A stretch of DNA of 64,000 nucleotides, from the NCBI GenBank assembly GCA_040768745.1, contig JAXGMI010000001.1:512001-576000 (forward strand). Reading direction: 5' to 3'. Shown here one piece after another: positions 50,637 through 60,325 of this stretch. The notes under the pieces are model-generated. The model saw only the letters and a list, made by a program, of their open reading frames with translations. It did no database searches and was not told where the DNA came from. This stretch comes from Desulfomicrobium sp. (GTDB taxonomy: Bacteria; Desulfobacterota; Desulfovibrionia; Desulfovibrionales; Desulfomicrobiaceae). Both the position numbers and the translations under genes were made by a program. Within the stretch, counting starts at the first letter, position 1; each line of letters starts with the position of its first letter.

Positions 50637-52172
50637 TCAGGATCGGCTGCGCCTCACGCGTCGGCCCAGGGCCTCGGCGAAAAGCCGGGCCTGGGAAATA
50701 TTCAGCACGAGGGCGAGCCCCATGTAGAGAGCCGCCCAGACCGGAATGAGCAACAGGCTGGCCTGACCCAGTCCTGTGCTCAGCCAGCATCCGGCCAGCA
50801 TGCCGAGGCTCAGCATGAAGGACAGCGCATGATCGCGGTTGATCCGAAACCAGACCCCGCAGTGGCGGCGCAGAAAAAAACCCAGCAGCAACACATTGAC
50901 CCAGGCCGACACGGACGAGGCCACGGCCAGTCCCACATGGCCCAGGACGTGCAAGCTGCTGAAGCCGACGACCACGTAGATGAACAGACAGAAGAGGGCC
51001 ACCCGCACCGGGGTTTTGGTGTCGCCCAGGGCGTAGTAGGCCGAGGCCAGGGAGCGCACACCGGAAAAAGCGGGCAGGCCCACGACATAGCCCAGCAGGG
51101 CCATGGCCGTGCCGTGCACTGCGGCCTCGGAGAACTCCCCGCGACCGAAGAGCAGGCCCACCAACGGCAGGGACAATCCGGCCAGACCGGCGGCGGCTGG
51201 CAGATTGATGAAAAGGGTCAGGCCCAGGGATGTGGCCAGGGTGTCCTTGAACTCGGGGCGCCGCTCCGGGGCGGTCAGAAGCGAGAGCGACGGCAGGGTG
51301 GCCACGCCCACGGCCACGCCGAAAACGCCGAGAGGAAACTGAAAGAGCCGGTCCGCGTAATACAGGTACGACACGGAACCCTCGGGCAGAAAGGAGGCCA
51401 TGCCCGTGCCGATGAGGATATTGATCTGGTACACGGCCGAACCGAGAACCGTCGGCAGCATGAGCGTGCCGATGCGGCGCACGGCCGGCCCCGTCGGCTC
51501 CAGCGGACCGATCCAGGAAAACCCCTTGGAGCGCAACACCGGCTGCTGCAGGAGCCACTGCCCGATCCCGGCCACGAGCACGCCCCAGGCCAGGTACACG
51601 GCCACGTTCCCGCCGACGTTGATGGCCAGGAGGCTCGCGCCTATAAGCACGATGTTGAGGATGCACGGTGCCAGGGCGGGCAGGAGAAAATGGCCCATGC
51701 TGTTCAGGATGCCCATGCACAGGGCCACGCCGGAGATGAACAGGATGTAGGGGAAGCAGATCTGGATCAGGCTCGCGGTCAGCTCAAACAGCTCGGGCCG
51801 CTTGGCCGCGAAGCCGGAGGCGATGAGCAGGGTCACGGCCTTGGGAAAGAGCAGAACCAGAATCGTCAAAAGACCCAGGATGAGCAGCAGCCAGAACTGG
51901 ATGGAGCGGGCCAGGGCAAAGGCGGCCCTGTCGCCCTGCTGCTGCCGGATTTTGACGAAGGTGGGCACGAAGGCCATGGTCAGGGAGCCCTCAGCGAAAA
52001 GACTGCGGAGCAGGTTGGGCACCCGGAAGGCCACAAAGAAGGCGTCGGCCAGCACGGATGCCCCCAGAGTGTAGGCCATGATCAGGTCACGGACCAGTCC
52101 CAGCCCCCGACTGAGGAGGGTTGCGCCGGAGACGATGGAGGCGTTGCGAACAATGGTCTTCTGGGTGGACAC
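50637..52172 (-). CDS. murJ: Lipid II flippase MurJ
   Basis: SRGLGLVRD, AFRVPNLLRSLFAEG, YADRL.QFP, D TKTPV. Confidence 0.96.
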   Translation of the reverse strand: MSTQKTIVRNASIVSGATLLSRGLGLVRDLIMAYTLGASVLADAFFVAFRVPNLLRSLFAEGSLTMAFVPTFVKIRQQQGDRAAFALARSIQFWLLLILGLLTILVLLFPKAVTLLIASGFAAKRPELFELTASLIQICFPYILFISGVALCMGILNSMGHFLLPALAPCILNIVLIGASLLAINVGGNVAVYLAWGVLVAGIGQWLLQQPVLRSKGFSWIGPLEPTGPAVRRIGTLMLPTVLGSAVYQINILIGTGMASFLPEGSVSYLYYADRLFQFPLGVFGVAVGVATLPSLSLLTAPERRPEFKDTLATSLGLTLFINLPAAAGLAGLSLPLVGLLFGRGEFSEAAVHGTAMALLGYVVGLPAFSGVRSLASAYYALGDTKTPVRVALFCLFIYVVVGFSSLHVLGHVGLAVASSVSAWVNVLLLGFFLRRHCGVWFRINRDHALSFMLSLGMLAGCWLSTGLGQASLLLIPVWAALYMGLALVLNISQARLFAEALGRRVRRSRS

Positions 52173-52350
52173 GCAGAACGTCCTTGGGGATGAAATCAAA
52201 TCTGGAGGCGCCAAATCGCGCCAGGGCCGGAAACCTTCGTATCCGGCCCTGGCGCGTCCGTCCACCGTCATGTGAGCGTTCACCCATCCATCAACGCAGA
52301 ACCGGCATCACGGCTGGACATTGAGGTTGGTTGATCCATATACACAAACA

Positions 52351-54453
52351 ATGCAAACCCTGGCGCCCTTGAAATTCCTGCTGCTGATCCCCCTGGCCCT
52401 GACCCTCTGGGCCTGTGGAGTCCGTCATCCTGTCCCGGACCCCATTGTCCCGCCAGCCATCCCAGACAGGGCCAATCCCAATGCTGCTGCCCTGCGCGAC
52501 TTTGCCCAGGGGTACGCCCCTGGCTCAGAGGAAGCCCGTGCAGCCAGTTTCCTGGTCGAAAACCTGCCCCTGGCCGACGCCCTTTCCCTGACCGCTGCAG
52601 ACTTGCGCGAAAATCTGGACCATGCCTTCCTGGCCCGCCAGCTCATGCCCTGGGGAAAAACGGTTCCATGGGACGTCTTCCTGCACTACGTGCTGCCCCA
52701 CCGTGCCAGCCAGGAGCCTTTCCAGCCTCACAGGGCCTTTCTCTTCGCGGAACTGGCCCCCCTCTGCGCCACGGCGTTGAGCATGGAAGAGGCCTTGTCT
52801 CGGGTCGGCGGCTGGTGCGCGGCAAGGGCCGAATACAGACCCACCTCCCGCCGGGACCTGGGAGTGCAAGCCATCCTGGACGGGGGCTATGGCCGCTGCG
52901 AGGAGACCAACATCCTCTTCCTGGCTGCGGCCCGGGCCGTGGGTCTGCCCGTACGCCAGGCCATGGTGCCCTGGTGGCAGCACGCAGATGGCAACCATGC
53001 CTGGATCGAGGCCTGGACGGAAAAAGGGTGGCGGTTCCTGGAGAGCGGAACGGAATTTTCGGCCCTGAACCGGACCTGGTTTGCGGCCCAGGCCCCGCGC
53101 ATGCCCAAAGTCGTGGCCCACGTTCTCGGGCATCCCCAGGACCCCCAAGTGTACCGCACCGGACCGGGCTTTGCCCTGGTGGACAGTACGGCCGCCTATG
53201 CCCCGGCCACCGACGTTGAGGTTCGGGTGGTCAGCACGGAACCCGTCAACAACGGTGACGTGTACTTTTCCGTCTTCTCCCTGGGCGGCCTGCGGCCCGT
53301 GACCAGATCCGGAATGGACCCGGAAGGCCAGGCCCGGACGACACTGGGTCCAGGGGTCTTTTTCGTGTCCACCCGGGCCGAAGAAGGATTGGCCTGGGCC
53401 CTGATCAACACCCACGGGCAGGACAGGGTCAGCCTCTCCCTCGATGCCCGCACTGCCATGCCCCTGCCGGAATCGATGGAATTTTCCTGGCCAGAGACAG
53501 CGAGGGACGGCTTCGACGCCACCCCGCGACCCGAACTCGTCCGCCTGAGGCAGGAGCGGTCCACCCGATGGGCTCCCCTCCTGGGAGACCTGCCCCAGGC
53601 CCTGCTAAACCGTCTGCTCCTGGCCGGAACGCGCACTCCCGGATGGCTGCAAGCCCTGCATGGGGCGTCCTCCGATCTGCGTTCCTGGCTTGAGGCCTGC
53701 ATCCTGAACCTGGATGACAAGGACATGCTCGAAGCAGACCCGGCCGGGCTGGCCAGGGAGGTCGGCATGGCCCTGCAGGCCAGGGAACAGGCCGCCGCCA
53801 CTGGACTTGTCTATCCCGACGCCCTCTTCACGGAATATGTCCTGGCTCCACGCATTTTCCTGGAACCCTGGTCCCCCTGGAGGGCCCAGCTCCGGTCCTG
53901 GCTTGGACAGGGCTTTGGACTCGACCTGGAAAAGAAGCTGGCCCTGCTGCACAACAGGCTGAATGAATTGGGCTCGCTTCGCCCGGCACTTTTCGGCCCT
54001 CCCCTGACTCCTGGCCAGACCCACGCCGGTGGCTACTGCGGCCTGAAACAGGACAAAATAGTCCTGGCCACGGCCGCCCTGCGCGTTCTGGGCATTGCGG
54101 CCCGCTGCCAGCCCGATTTTGGCGGGGTTGAGTACCATGACGGCCGGACCTGGAAATTCTGGGAATTCGATGCCAGACCCCAGGCCAGCGGAAGTGTGCG
54201 CATCCTGTCCCCCGAACCTCTGAACCCGCTCAAGGATTTCGGTATGGCCAGAATCCAGGACGGATATCTGCGCACCCTGGACGATCTGCCCTGGGAAGAG
54301 ACTGCAGACGGTCTGCACTGCGCCCTGCAACCAGGGCCGTACGTCCTCCTCACCGCCATGCGAACGGGAAACCGGGCCAGGGTGAACCTAGCGTCCTTCA
54401 GCGTCGAAGCCGGATCTGAAACCCGACTGCATGCCGGTTCGACGACACCGTGA
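52351..54453 (+). CDS. Transglutaminase-like domain lipoprotein
   Basis: Lipobox LWAC; FLHYVLPHR, GRCEE, NHAWIE catalytic-type motifs; a second degenerate repeat. Confidence 0.8.
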   Translation: MQTLAPLKFLLLIPLALTLWACGVRHPVPDPIVPPAIPDRANPNAAALRDFAQGYAPGSEEARAASFLVENLPLADALSLTAADLRENLDHAFLARQLMPWGKTVPWDVFLHYVLPHRASQEPFQPHRAFLFAELAPLCATALSMEEALSRVGGWCAARAEYRPTSRRDLGVQAILDGGYGRCEETNILFLAAARAVGLPVRQAMVPWWQHADGNHAWIEAWTEKGWRFLESGTEFSALNRTWFAAQAPRMPKVVAHVLGHPQDPQVYRTGPGFALVDSTAAYAPATDVEVRVVSTEPVNNGDVYFSVFSLGGLRPVTRSGMDPEGQARTTLGPGVFFVSTRAEEGLAWALINTHGQDRVSLSLDARTAMPLPESMEFSWPETARDGFDATPRPELVRLRQERSTRWAPLLGDLPQALLNRLLLAGTRTPGWLQALHGASSDLRSWLEACILNLDDKDMLEADPAGLAREVGMALQAREQAAATGLVYPDALFTEYVLAPRIFLEPWSPWRAQLRSWLGQGFGLDLEKKLALLHNRLNELGSLRPALFGPPLTPGQTHAGGYCGLKQDKIVLATAALRVLGIAARCQPDFGGVEYHDGRTWKFWEFDARPQASGSVRILSPEPLNPLKDFGMARIQDGYLRTLDDLPWEETADGLHCALQPGPYVLLTAMRTGNRARVNLASFSVEAGSETRLHAGSTTP

Positions 54454-54554
54454 ACCACGGGATGAAGCCTGATACGTGAAACGTTGCCAGGACAGTCCCT
54501 TTGATCTACATTTACCCACGAACACCAAAAAATTGAATCCCGTGAGGAGCAGAC

Positions 54555-55421
54555 ATGGACAAGCACATCCTGATGACCATCAGCGACGACTACAGCGCTC
54601 TGCAGGCCGTACGCTTCGCCGCCGGCTTCTTCGGCAACACCCAGTCCCTGCACCTGACCCTGCTCTATGTGGCATCCAATCCCAAGGCCGGGCTTTCGGA
54701 ATCAGAGATCATCCAGAATTACGGAAATTTGAACCGCAGGGAAGCCCAGACCAAGGAGCAGGCCCAATCCGCCCTGGACAAGGCCGAAGAGTTGCTGATC
54801 CTGAAAAAATTTCCGCATAACAACATCCACAAAAAAATCACCTTCAAGCAGCTCGGCACAGCCCACGACATCATCCAGGAGGGCCTGACCGGGATGTATG
54901 ACGCCATCGCCCTGGGCCGACGCGGCCTTTCCCGCCTGGAAGAGCTTATCCACGACAGCGTCAGCAATCAGATTTTTAACACGCCCATGGACATCCCCTT
55001 GTGGATCTGCCGCAACCAGGCCAAACCTGCGCCCCATGTCCTCCTGTGCACCGACGGCTCTCCGGCCAGCCTGCGCTGTGCCGACCACGTGGGCTTCATG
55101 CTGAAGGACGACCCCCTGCATGAGATCACCATCCTCCACATCGTCACCGGCATGTCTTCGGTCACGCCTGCGGAGGCCATCGCCAGCGCCAGGAACATGC
55201 TGAACGAGAACGGTATTCCGGCCAACCGGATCAAAGAAAAAACCGTGCAGGGCAGAAACTCCGCAGAGGCAATCGTCAAGCTGGCCCAGGAAGGCGGATA
55301 CGGAGTGGTGGCCATGGGCCGCACAGGCCGGGGAGAAACCAGGTCCCTGCACCTGTTGGGCTCGGTCAGCATGAACATGCTCAAAAACCTGGATTTCGCC
55401 ACGTTGTGGATCAGCCACTGA
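54555..55421 (+). CDS. Tandem universal stress protein
   Basis: Two USP units (LGRRG..SVS; MGRTG..LGSVS). Confidence 0.9.
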   Translation: MDKHILMTISDDYSALQAVRFAAGFFGNTQSLHLTLLYVASNPKAGLSESEIIQNYGNLNRREAQTKEQAQSALDKAEELLILKKFPHNNIHKKITFKQLGTAHDIIQEGLTGMYDAIALGRRGLSRLEELIHDSVSNQIFNTPMDIPLWICRNQAKPAPHVLLCTDGSPASLRCADHVGFMLKDDPLHEITILHIVTGMSSVTPAEAIASARNMLNENGIPANRIKEKTVQGRNSAEAIVKLAQEGGYGVVAMGRTGRGETRSLHLLGSVSMNMLKNLDFATLWISH

Positions 55422-55551
55422 GACCATGGCGGCTCCACAGTCACGAAGGTCGGGATACGGGGACCTTCAGCGCTGACGGCCATGGATGCAAAGGCAGGGC
55501 GGAAGTGCCCTCCACTTCGCATCCGGATGTTCCCAGCCGTCCCGGCGAGCC

Positions 55552-56661
55552 TCACGTTGCATCGGCGCCGAAAAGAACGTCGTGAATGGCTGCGACCAGG
55601 GGCTGCGGGAGGGGGTCTTCCAGAAAGATCTCATACTTGAGGACCGTGCTGCTGATGGCCAGAACGCGGTTTCCGGCCCGCTCCAGCATGTCAAGGACCG
55701 TATCCACCCGCTCTTTCTGGGCCGCCACCCGCGACCCGATGAGGGACAGACTGCAGCAGGGCACTCCTTCCATTCCTCCGGCATACTTGGCGTCAACCAC
55801 CACAACAGTGCGTCCATCAATGGACTGGCACAGTCGGCAATCCGCCGGCAGGGGCACACCCGCGTCATAGGCGACCCACCGCAGCCTTTCGTAGTAGACC
55901 ATGGCCTGTAGGGTGTCGCGGTTCAGGCATTCATTGCAGACAATGGTCCCGATCTGTCCGGAACCGCTGGACCCTGCAGCTATGCGCACGCCCAGTCGAC
56001 GGGCGTATTCCACGGCGTCGTCCTTCAGGACTTTGGCGCCGGCCGCGGACATTTCCAGCATGGTATCGTAGTCCACGGTGTCCAGGCGACGGGCTGCCGG
56101 GGCCAGCTGCGGGTCCGATGTATACACCCCGTCCACGTCGGAATAAATCTCGCACACATCCGCGCCCAGGGCCGCGGCCACAGCCACTGCCGTGGTGTCC
56201 GAACCGCCCCGGCCGAGGGTGGTGATTTCACGGGTCGTGGAAACGCCTTGGAATCCCGCCACAACCGGGATTTTCCCCTGGTCCAGGGTCTGCCGCAGAC
56301 GGTCCCCCCTGACCTCCAGCACCCGGGCGTCTCCGTGATTGCAATCGGTGATGAGACCGATCTGGGAACCGGTGAAGGACACGGCCAGACCTGGACGGAT
56401 GCCGTTGATGGCGATGCTCATCATGGCGATGGAAATGCGTTCCCCCGTGGAGACGAGCATGTCCATTTCCCTGGGGTCGGGATGTTCAGCCAATGTCCGC
56501 GCCTGGGCCACCAGGGAGTCCGTGGTCTTGCCCATGGCTGAAACCACGGTTACGATCTGATTCCCCTGGTCATGCCGGGCCACGATGCGCCGGGCCAGGG
56601 CCCGGATTTGCTCCGGCGTGGCCACACTGCTCCCGCCGTATTTCTGGACGACAAGCGCCAT
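55552..56661 (-). CDS. lysC: Aspartate kinase with short, divergent C-terminal regulatory region
   Basis: QKYGGSSV, VSAMG, AGFQG, LGRGGSDTTA, SDVDGVYT. Confidence 0.88.
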   Translation of the reverse strand: MALVVQKYGGSSVATPEQIRALARRIVARHDQGNQIVTVVSAMGKTTDSLVAQARTLAEHPDPREMDMLVSTGERISIAMMSIAINGIRPGLAVSFTGSQIGLITDCNHGDARVLEVRGDRLRQTLDQGKIPVVAGFQGVSTTREITTLGRGGSDTTAVAVAAALGADVCEIYSDVDGVYTSDPQLAPAARRLDTVDYDTMLEMSAAGAKVLKDDAVEYARRLGVRIAAGSSGSGQIGTIVCNECLNRDTLQAMVYYERLRWVAYDAGVPLPADCRLCQSIDGRTVVVVDAKYAGGMEGVPCCSLSLIGSRVAAQKERVDTVLDMLERAGNRVLAISSTVLKYEIFLEDPLPQPLVAAIHDVLFGADAT

Positions 56662-56672
56662 GATTTCTCCTT

Positions 56673-58085
56673 TCAGTTCGCCATTTTCACAATGCGCGGG
56701 ATGAACGTGGCCACAATGCGGACCAGATCACTTTGGGCGGCCATGACCGTACGGATATCCTTGTAGGCCATGGGCACCTCGTCCAGCCCGGCTGAAAGCA
56801 GGCGCACCCCGTGTCTGTCCAGGACCTCATCGAGATCGGATCGGCGGTACCTGCTGGACGCCTCCTGCCGGCTCATGGCCCGACCAGCGCCGTGGGCCGC
56901 GGAGCACAGCGCGAGGGGATTCCCCAGACCCTCGACCACATAGGCGGGGTGGACCATGGTCCCCGGAATCACGCCGAAAACCCCGGCCCCGGCCGGGGTC
57001 GCGCCCTTGCGGTGGACGATGACCTGCCTTCCTCCGTGGATCTCCCTCCAGGCGAAATTATGGTGGTTCTCCACGCCCCAAACAGGACTCAACCCCAGAT
57101 GTCCGCCCACGGCTGCGTGGATCAAGGCGTGGTTTGCCGCGCTGTAGCGGCCCATGAGTTCCATGGCGGCCCAATATTCCCGCCCCGCGTCCGTGTCCAG
57201 GGCCAGCCAGGCCAGATGCCCGAGACTCCGCGGCAGTTCCGGATGCAGGCGGCGGGCCAGGGCCGAATAGTATTTGGCCACCTCCCCTCCCGTGCCCCGG
57301 CTGCCGCTGTGGGACAGAAAAGCCAGATACGTCCCGGCGGCCAAGCCCGGCAGGCCCAGAGGCACGTCCAGCACTCCCCATTCCACGAAATGGTTCCCCG
57401 CCCCGCTCGTGCCAAGCTGCTCCCGGGCCGTCTCTTTCATCCGGGCTATGACGGACGAGAATTTCCAATCCTCATGCATGACCGGATGGTCCTTGGGGAT
57501 CCGGAACCTGGCCCCCACACCGAAACTCGTCTCCTGCTCGATGGCCCGGATCAGGTCCCTCTGGTGCGTGTCCACCAGATCCGGCGTGACCGCGAACACG
57601 CTCATTTTCACTCGGCAGGCGATATCCATGCCCACGCCATAGGGGATGACCGCCTCATCCACGGCCAGAACCCCACCGATGGGCAGACCGTAACCCACGT
57701 GAGCATCGGGCATGAGCGCCCCGCTGACGGCCACGGGCAGGGAGCACCCGTCGTTCATCTGCTCCACGGCCTTGGGATCGAGGTCCTCGCCCCAGACCCT
57801 CCACGGTGCGTGAGGCTTGAACTGAGCCCGCGGCAAGGGCACAGGAGTGTCCTGCGAAACAGCTCCCCGCAGCATGGCCGCCAAGGTCCCGAGAACAGGA
57901 TGCTCCAGAAAAGAGGCCGGATTTTCGGCCAATCCCCTGAAAAGCCGCCGCAGGGCCTTTCCCCGCACGCCGTCCTGTTCCAGCTCGCGCACACAGGCCA
58001 GGACGGCGTCCTGCAGGGCCTCGGGCATCCCCAGCGCAGACAGGCGAAAAGGCATTCTCAGATTGGTTTTTCGTTTTGAGGGCAT
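56673..58085 (-). CDS. rtcB: RtcB-family RNA ligase (3'-phosphate/5'-OH)
   Basis: MPDAHVGYGLPIGG, GMDIAC, GTSGAGNHF, HSGSRG, HHNF, HRKGA, HGAGR, DEVPMAYK. Confidence 0.94.
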   Translation of the reverse strand: MPSKRKTNLRMPFRLSALGMPEALQDAVLACVRELEQDGVRGKALRRLFRGLAENPASFLEHPVLGTLAAMLRGAVSQDTPVPLPRAQFKPHAPWRVWGEDLDPKAVEQMNDGCSLPVAVSGALMPDAHVGYGLPIGGVLAVDEAVIPYGVGMDIACRVKMSVFAVTPDLVDTHQRDLIRAIEQETSFGVGARFRIPKDHPVMHEDWKFSSVIARMKETAREQLGTSGAGNHFVEWGVLDVPLGLPGLAAGTYLAFLSHSGSRGTGGEVAKYYSALARRLHPELPRSLGHLAWLALDTDAGREYWAAMELMGRYSAANHALIHAAVGGHLGLSPVWGVENHHNFAWREIHGGRQVIVHRKGATPAGAGVFGVIPGTMVHPAYVVEGLGNPLALCSAAHGAGRAMSRQEASSRYRRSDLDEVLDRHGVRLLSAGLDEVPMAYKDIRTVMAAQSDLVRIVATFIPRIVKMAN

Positions 58086-58209
58086 AGGTGATCCTTGGCG
58101 GGCCTCAGGCAGCTCCAGCGGATGGCTGCCCCGAGCGGGGCTGGGGTCCCGGGATCAGCCCGAGGCTTGCAGCCCTGGGGAACCAGACAGCGCAGCCTGC
58201 CCAATCCCT

Positions 58210-58824
58210 TCAGCGGGCCGCAATGGCCCGCAGTATGAAACGCCTCGCTTCGGCGAACAGTCCGGGGTCTCCGAACGGAGTCAGGAAAACGGTCCGCACC
58301 GCCCCTACGATGGCGGCATAGATCATGAAGGCAGTGTCCCGAACCGGGAGAAGGGCTATGGTCCCGTCCCTCATACCCCTCTCCAGGCCTTTTTCGATCT
58401 CCGCGATCAGCTCTTCGAATTTGGCCCCGATCTTCTGGCGATCCAGATGGGGATTGTCATCGCTGAAGGGCGAACAGCGGATCAAGGTGGGAAAGGTTGT
58501 CCGGTTTGCCTGGGTAAAGGCGAAATAGGAGCCGACAAAGATGTCCACGGCCTCCAGTCCGTTGCGTGCACTTTCGGCATCCCTGCGGATGGCGGCCAGC
58601 ATGGCATCTATCATCTCGTACCCGGCGACCAGGAACAGGTTCTCCTTGTTCCCGAAGTAGTGGGAGACCAGCCCGAACGCCACGCCTGCCCTTTCCGCGA
58701 TGATGCGCATGGTTGTGCCCGCATAGCCGTAATCGGCAAAAAGCTCCTGTGCTGCCGCCAAAATCCGGTCCCTTTTGCTCACGTCCGCTCCGTCCCTGTC
58801 CGCTGTCGCGTCCCTTTTTCTCAT
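58210..58824 (-). CDS. TetR/AcrR-family regulator
   Basis: ILAAAQELFADYGYAGTTMRIIAERAGV..HYFGNKE HTH. Confidence 0.92.
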   Translation of the reverse strand: MRKRDATADRDGADVSKRDRILAAAQELFADYGYAGTTMRIIAERAGVAFGLVSHYFGNKENLFLVAGYEMIDAMLAAIRRDAESARNGLEAVDIFVGSYFAFTQANRTTFPTLIRCSPFSDDNPHLDRQKIGAKFEELIAEIEKGLERGMRDGTIALLPVRDTAFMIYAAIVGAVRTVFLTPFGDPGLFAEARRFILRAIAAR

Positions 58825-59594
58825 GGCAATTCCAGTTCCAGGCCCACGGGACAATGGTCCGATCCAAGCACGTCCGCCTCGATCCAGGCATCCCTGACTG
58901 CGCCGCGCAGCTCCTCGGAGACAAAAAAATAATCGATCCGCCACCCCGCATTGCGGGATCTGGCTCCAAACCGGTATGTCCACCACGAATAGGCATTCTC
59001 CACGTCACCGTGCATGTGCCTGAAGGTGTCCACATAGCCGGCGGCGATGAAGCGGTCGATCCAGGCCCGCTCCACGGGCAGGAACCCGGAGGTGTTCTCG
59101 CTGGCCTTGGGGTTCTTGAGGTCGATTTCGCGGTGGGCCGTGTTGAAATCCCCGCAGACCACGATCGGTTTTTCCTTGCGCAACGCTTGGGCATGGTCGA
59201 GGAACGCCTCGTAGAAGCCCATCTTGAAGTCCAGCCGGTCCTGGCTCATCTGACCGTTGGGGAAGTACACGTTGAAATAATGAAAATGTTCGAATTCCAG
59301 GCGGATGACCCGCCCTTCACCCTGAAAGCGGGCATCGGTCAGGCCGAAATGCACGGAAAGGGGTTCCTGAAGCGCATAGCAGGCCGTGCCGGAATATCCC
59401 TTTTTGGCCTTGGCCGCGTTCCAGTAACACCGGTAGCCGTCGAAGAAGCGCTCATCCCCGAGCTGTTCCTCCGAGGCCTTGACCTCCTGCAGGCCCAGCA
59501 CATCGGGCCTGGTCCCCTCGAACCAGTCCCGGAACCCCTTGCCCAGCACGGCGCGGAACCCGTTCACATTCCAGGAATACAGGCGAATTCTCAT
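58821..59594 (-). CDS. xth: Exodeoxyribonuclease III / AP endonuclease
   Basis: SWNVNG, LQE.K, GYSG, GDFN, WRIDYF, SDHCP. Confidence 0.96.
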   Translation of the reverse strand: MRIRLYSWNVNGFRAVLGKGFRDWFEGTRPDVLGLQEVKASEEQLGDERFFDGYRCYWNAAKAKKGYSGTACYALQEPLSVHFGLTDARFQGEGRVIRLEFEHFHYFNVYFPNGQMSQDRLDFKMGFYEAFLDHAQALRKEKPIVVCGDFNTAHREIDLKNPKASENTSGFLPVERAWIDRFIAAGYVDTFRHMHGDVENAYSWWTYRFGARSRNAGWRIDYFFVSEELRGAVRDAWIEADVLGSDHCPVGLELELP

Positions 59595-60259
59595 GACGTT
59601 CCCCGCAGACTGGCCACCAGCCCCTCAGACGCCTCCTCGATGCGCACATATCCCCCCTGGGCAAAACTCCCGGGGTTGAGGACATGAGAGCGACCGATGC
59701 GCTCCTGGCCCCGTCCTTCATGGATGTGTCCGGTTACCACGATGGCGGGCTGATATTTCTCTATCAGGGCCCGCACCCCGGGGCTGCCCACGTGCGCGCC
59801 CGAAGGCACCCTGTCGACCACCTTACCCCGCGGCGGGGTATGCACCATCAGAATGACCTGCTTGAAGGTTGCGGCCGATTCCAGCACATCGCGGACCCAC
59901 TGGCTGATCTGCTCCTCGCTGGCCTCGGAAGGGGTCTTGAAGGGGGTGGGGGTGGAGAGCCCCACCGCGGCCAGGCCCACGCCCTGGCCCAGGTCCACGA
60001 CCCGGCCATGCACGTTGCATCCTTTTTCGGTCAGGGCCAGATCCACGGCCCGGGTATCCATGTTGCCAATCTGGGCAAAAATACGGGGGTTGAACCCCTC
60101 GACGACAGCCAGGATGCGTTCAGCCCGTTCCCTGCCCCCGACATTGGTCAGATCCCCGGAAAGGAGCACCCCGCTGGCCTGATCGAGATCCTCAATGGCG
60201 GTCACGGCCTCGATCCTCTCGTGAATATCCCCGAAAGCTATCCAGAACCTGTTTCGCAT
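59591..60259 (-). CDS. Calcineurin-like metallophosphoesterase
   Basis: GDIH, GDLT, GNMD, HTPP, GHIHE, NPG. Confidence 0.92.
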   Translation of the reverse strand: MRNRFWIAFGDIHERIEAVTAIEDLDQASGVLLSGDLTNVGGRERAERILAVVEGFNPRIFAQIGNMDTRAVDLALTEKGCNVHGRVVDLGQGVGLAAVGLSTPTPFKTPSEASEEQISQWVRDVLESAATFKQVILMVHTPPRGKVVDRVPSGAHVGSPGVRALIEKYQPAIVVTGHIHEGRGQERIGRSHVLNPGSFAQGGYVRIEEASEGLVASLRGTS

Positions 60260-60325
60260 TTGCCTCCAGCCCTCAATTCGATTACGTGTCGCAGGCGATT
60301 TCATGGTAAAGGAGCATCCACGGTC

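Noticed and set aside
60260..60325. 6S RNA upstream of 5-formyl-THF cyclo-ligase
   Set aside because: The spacer is only 66 bp and divergent, too short for a 6S RNA.
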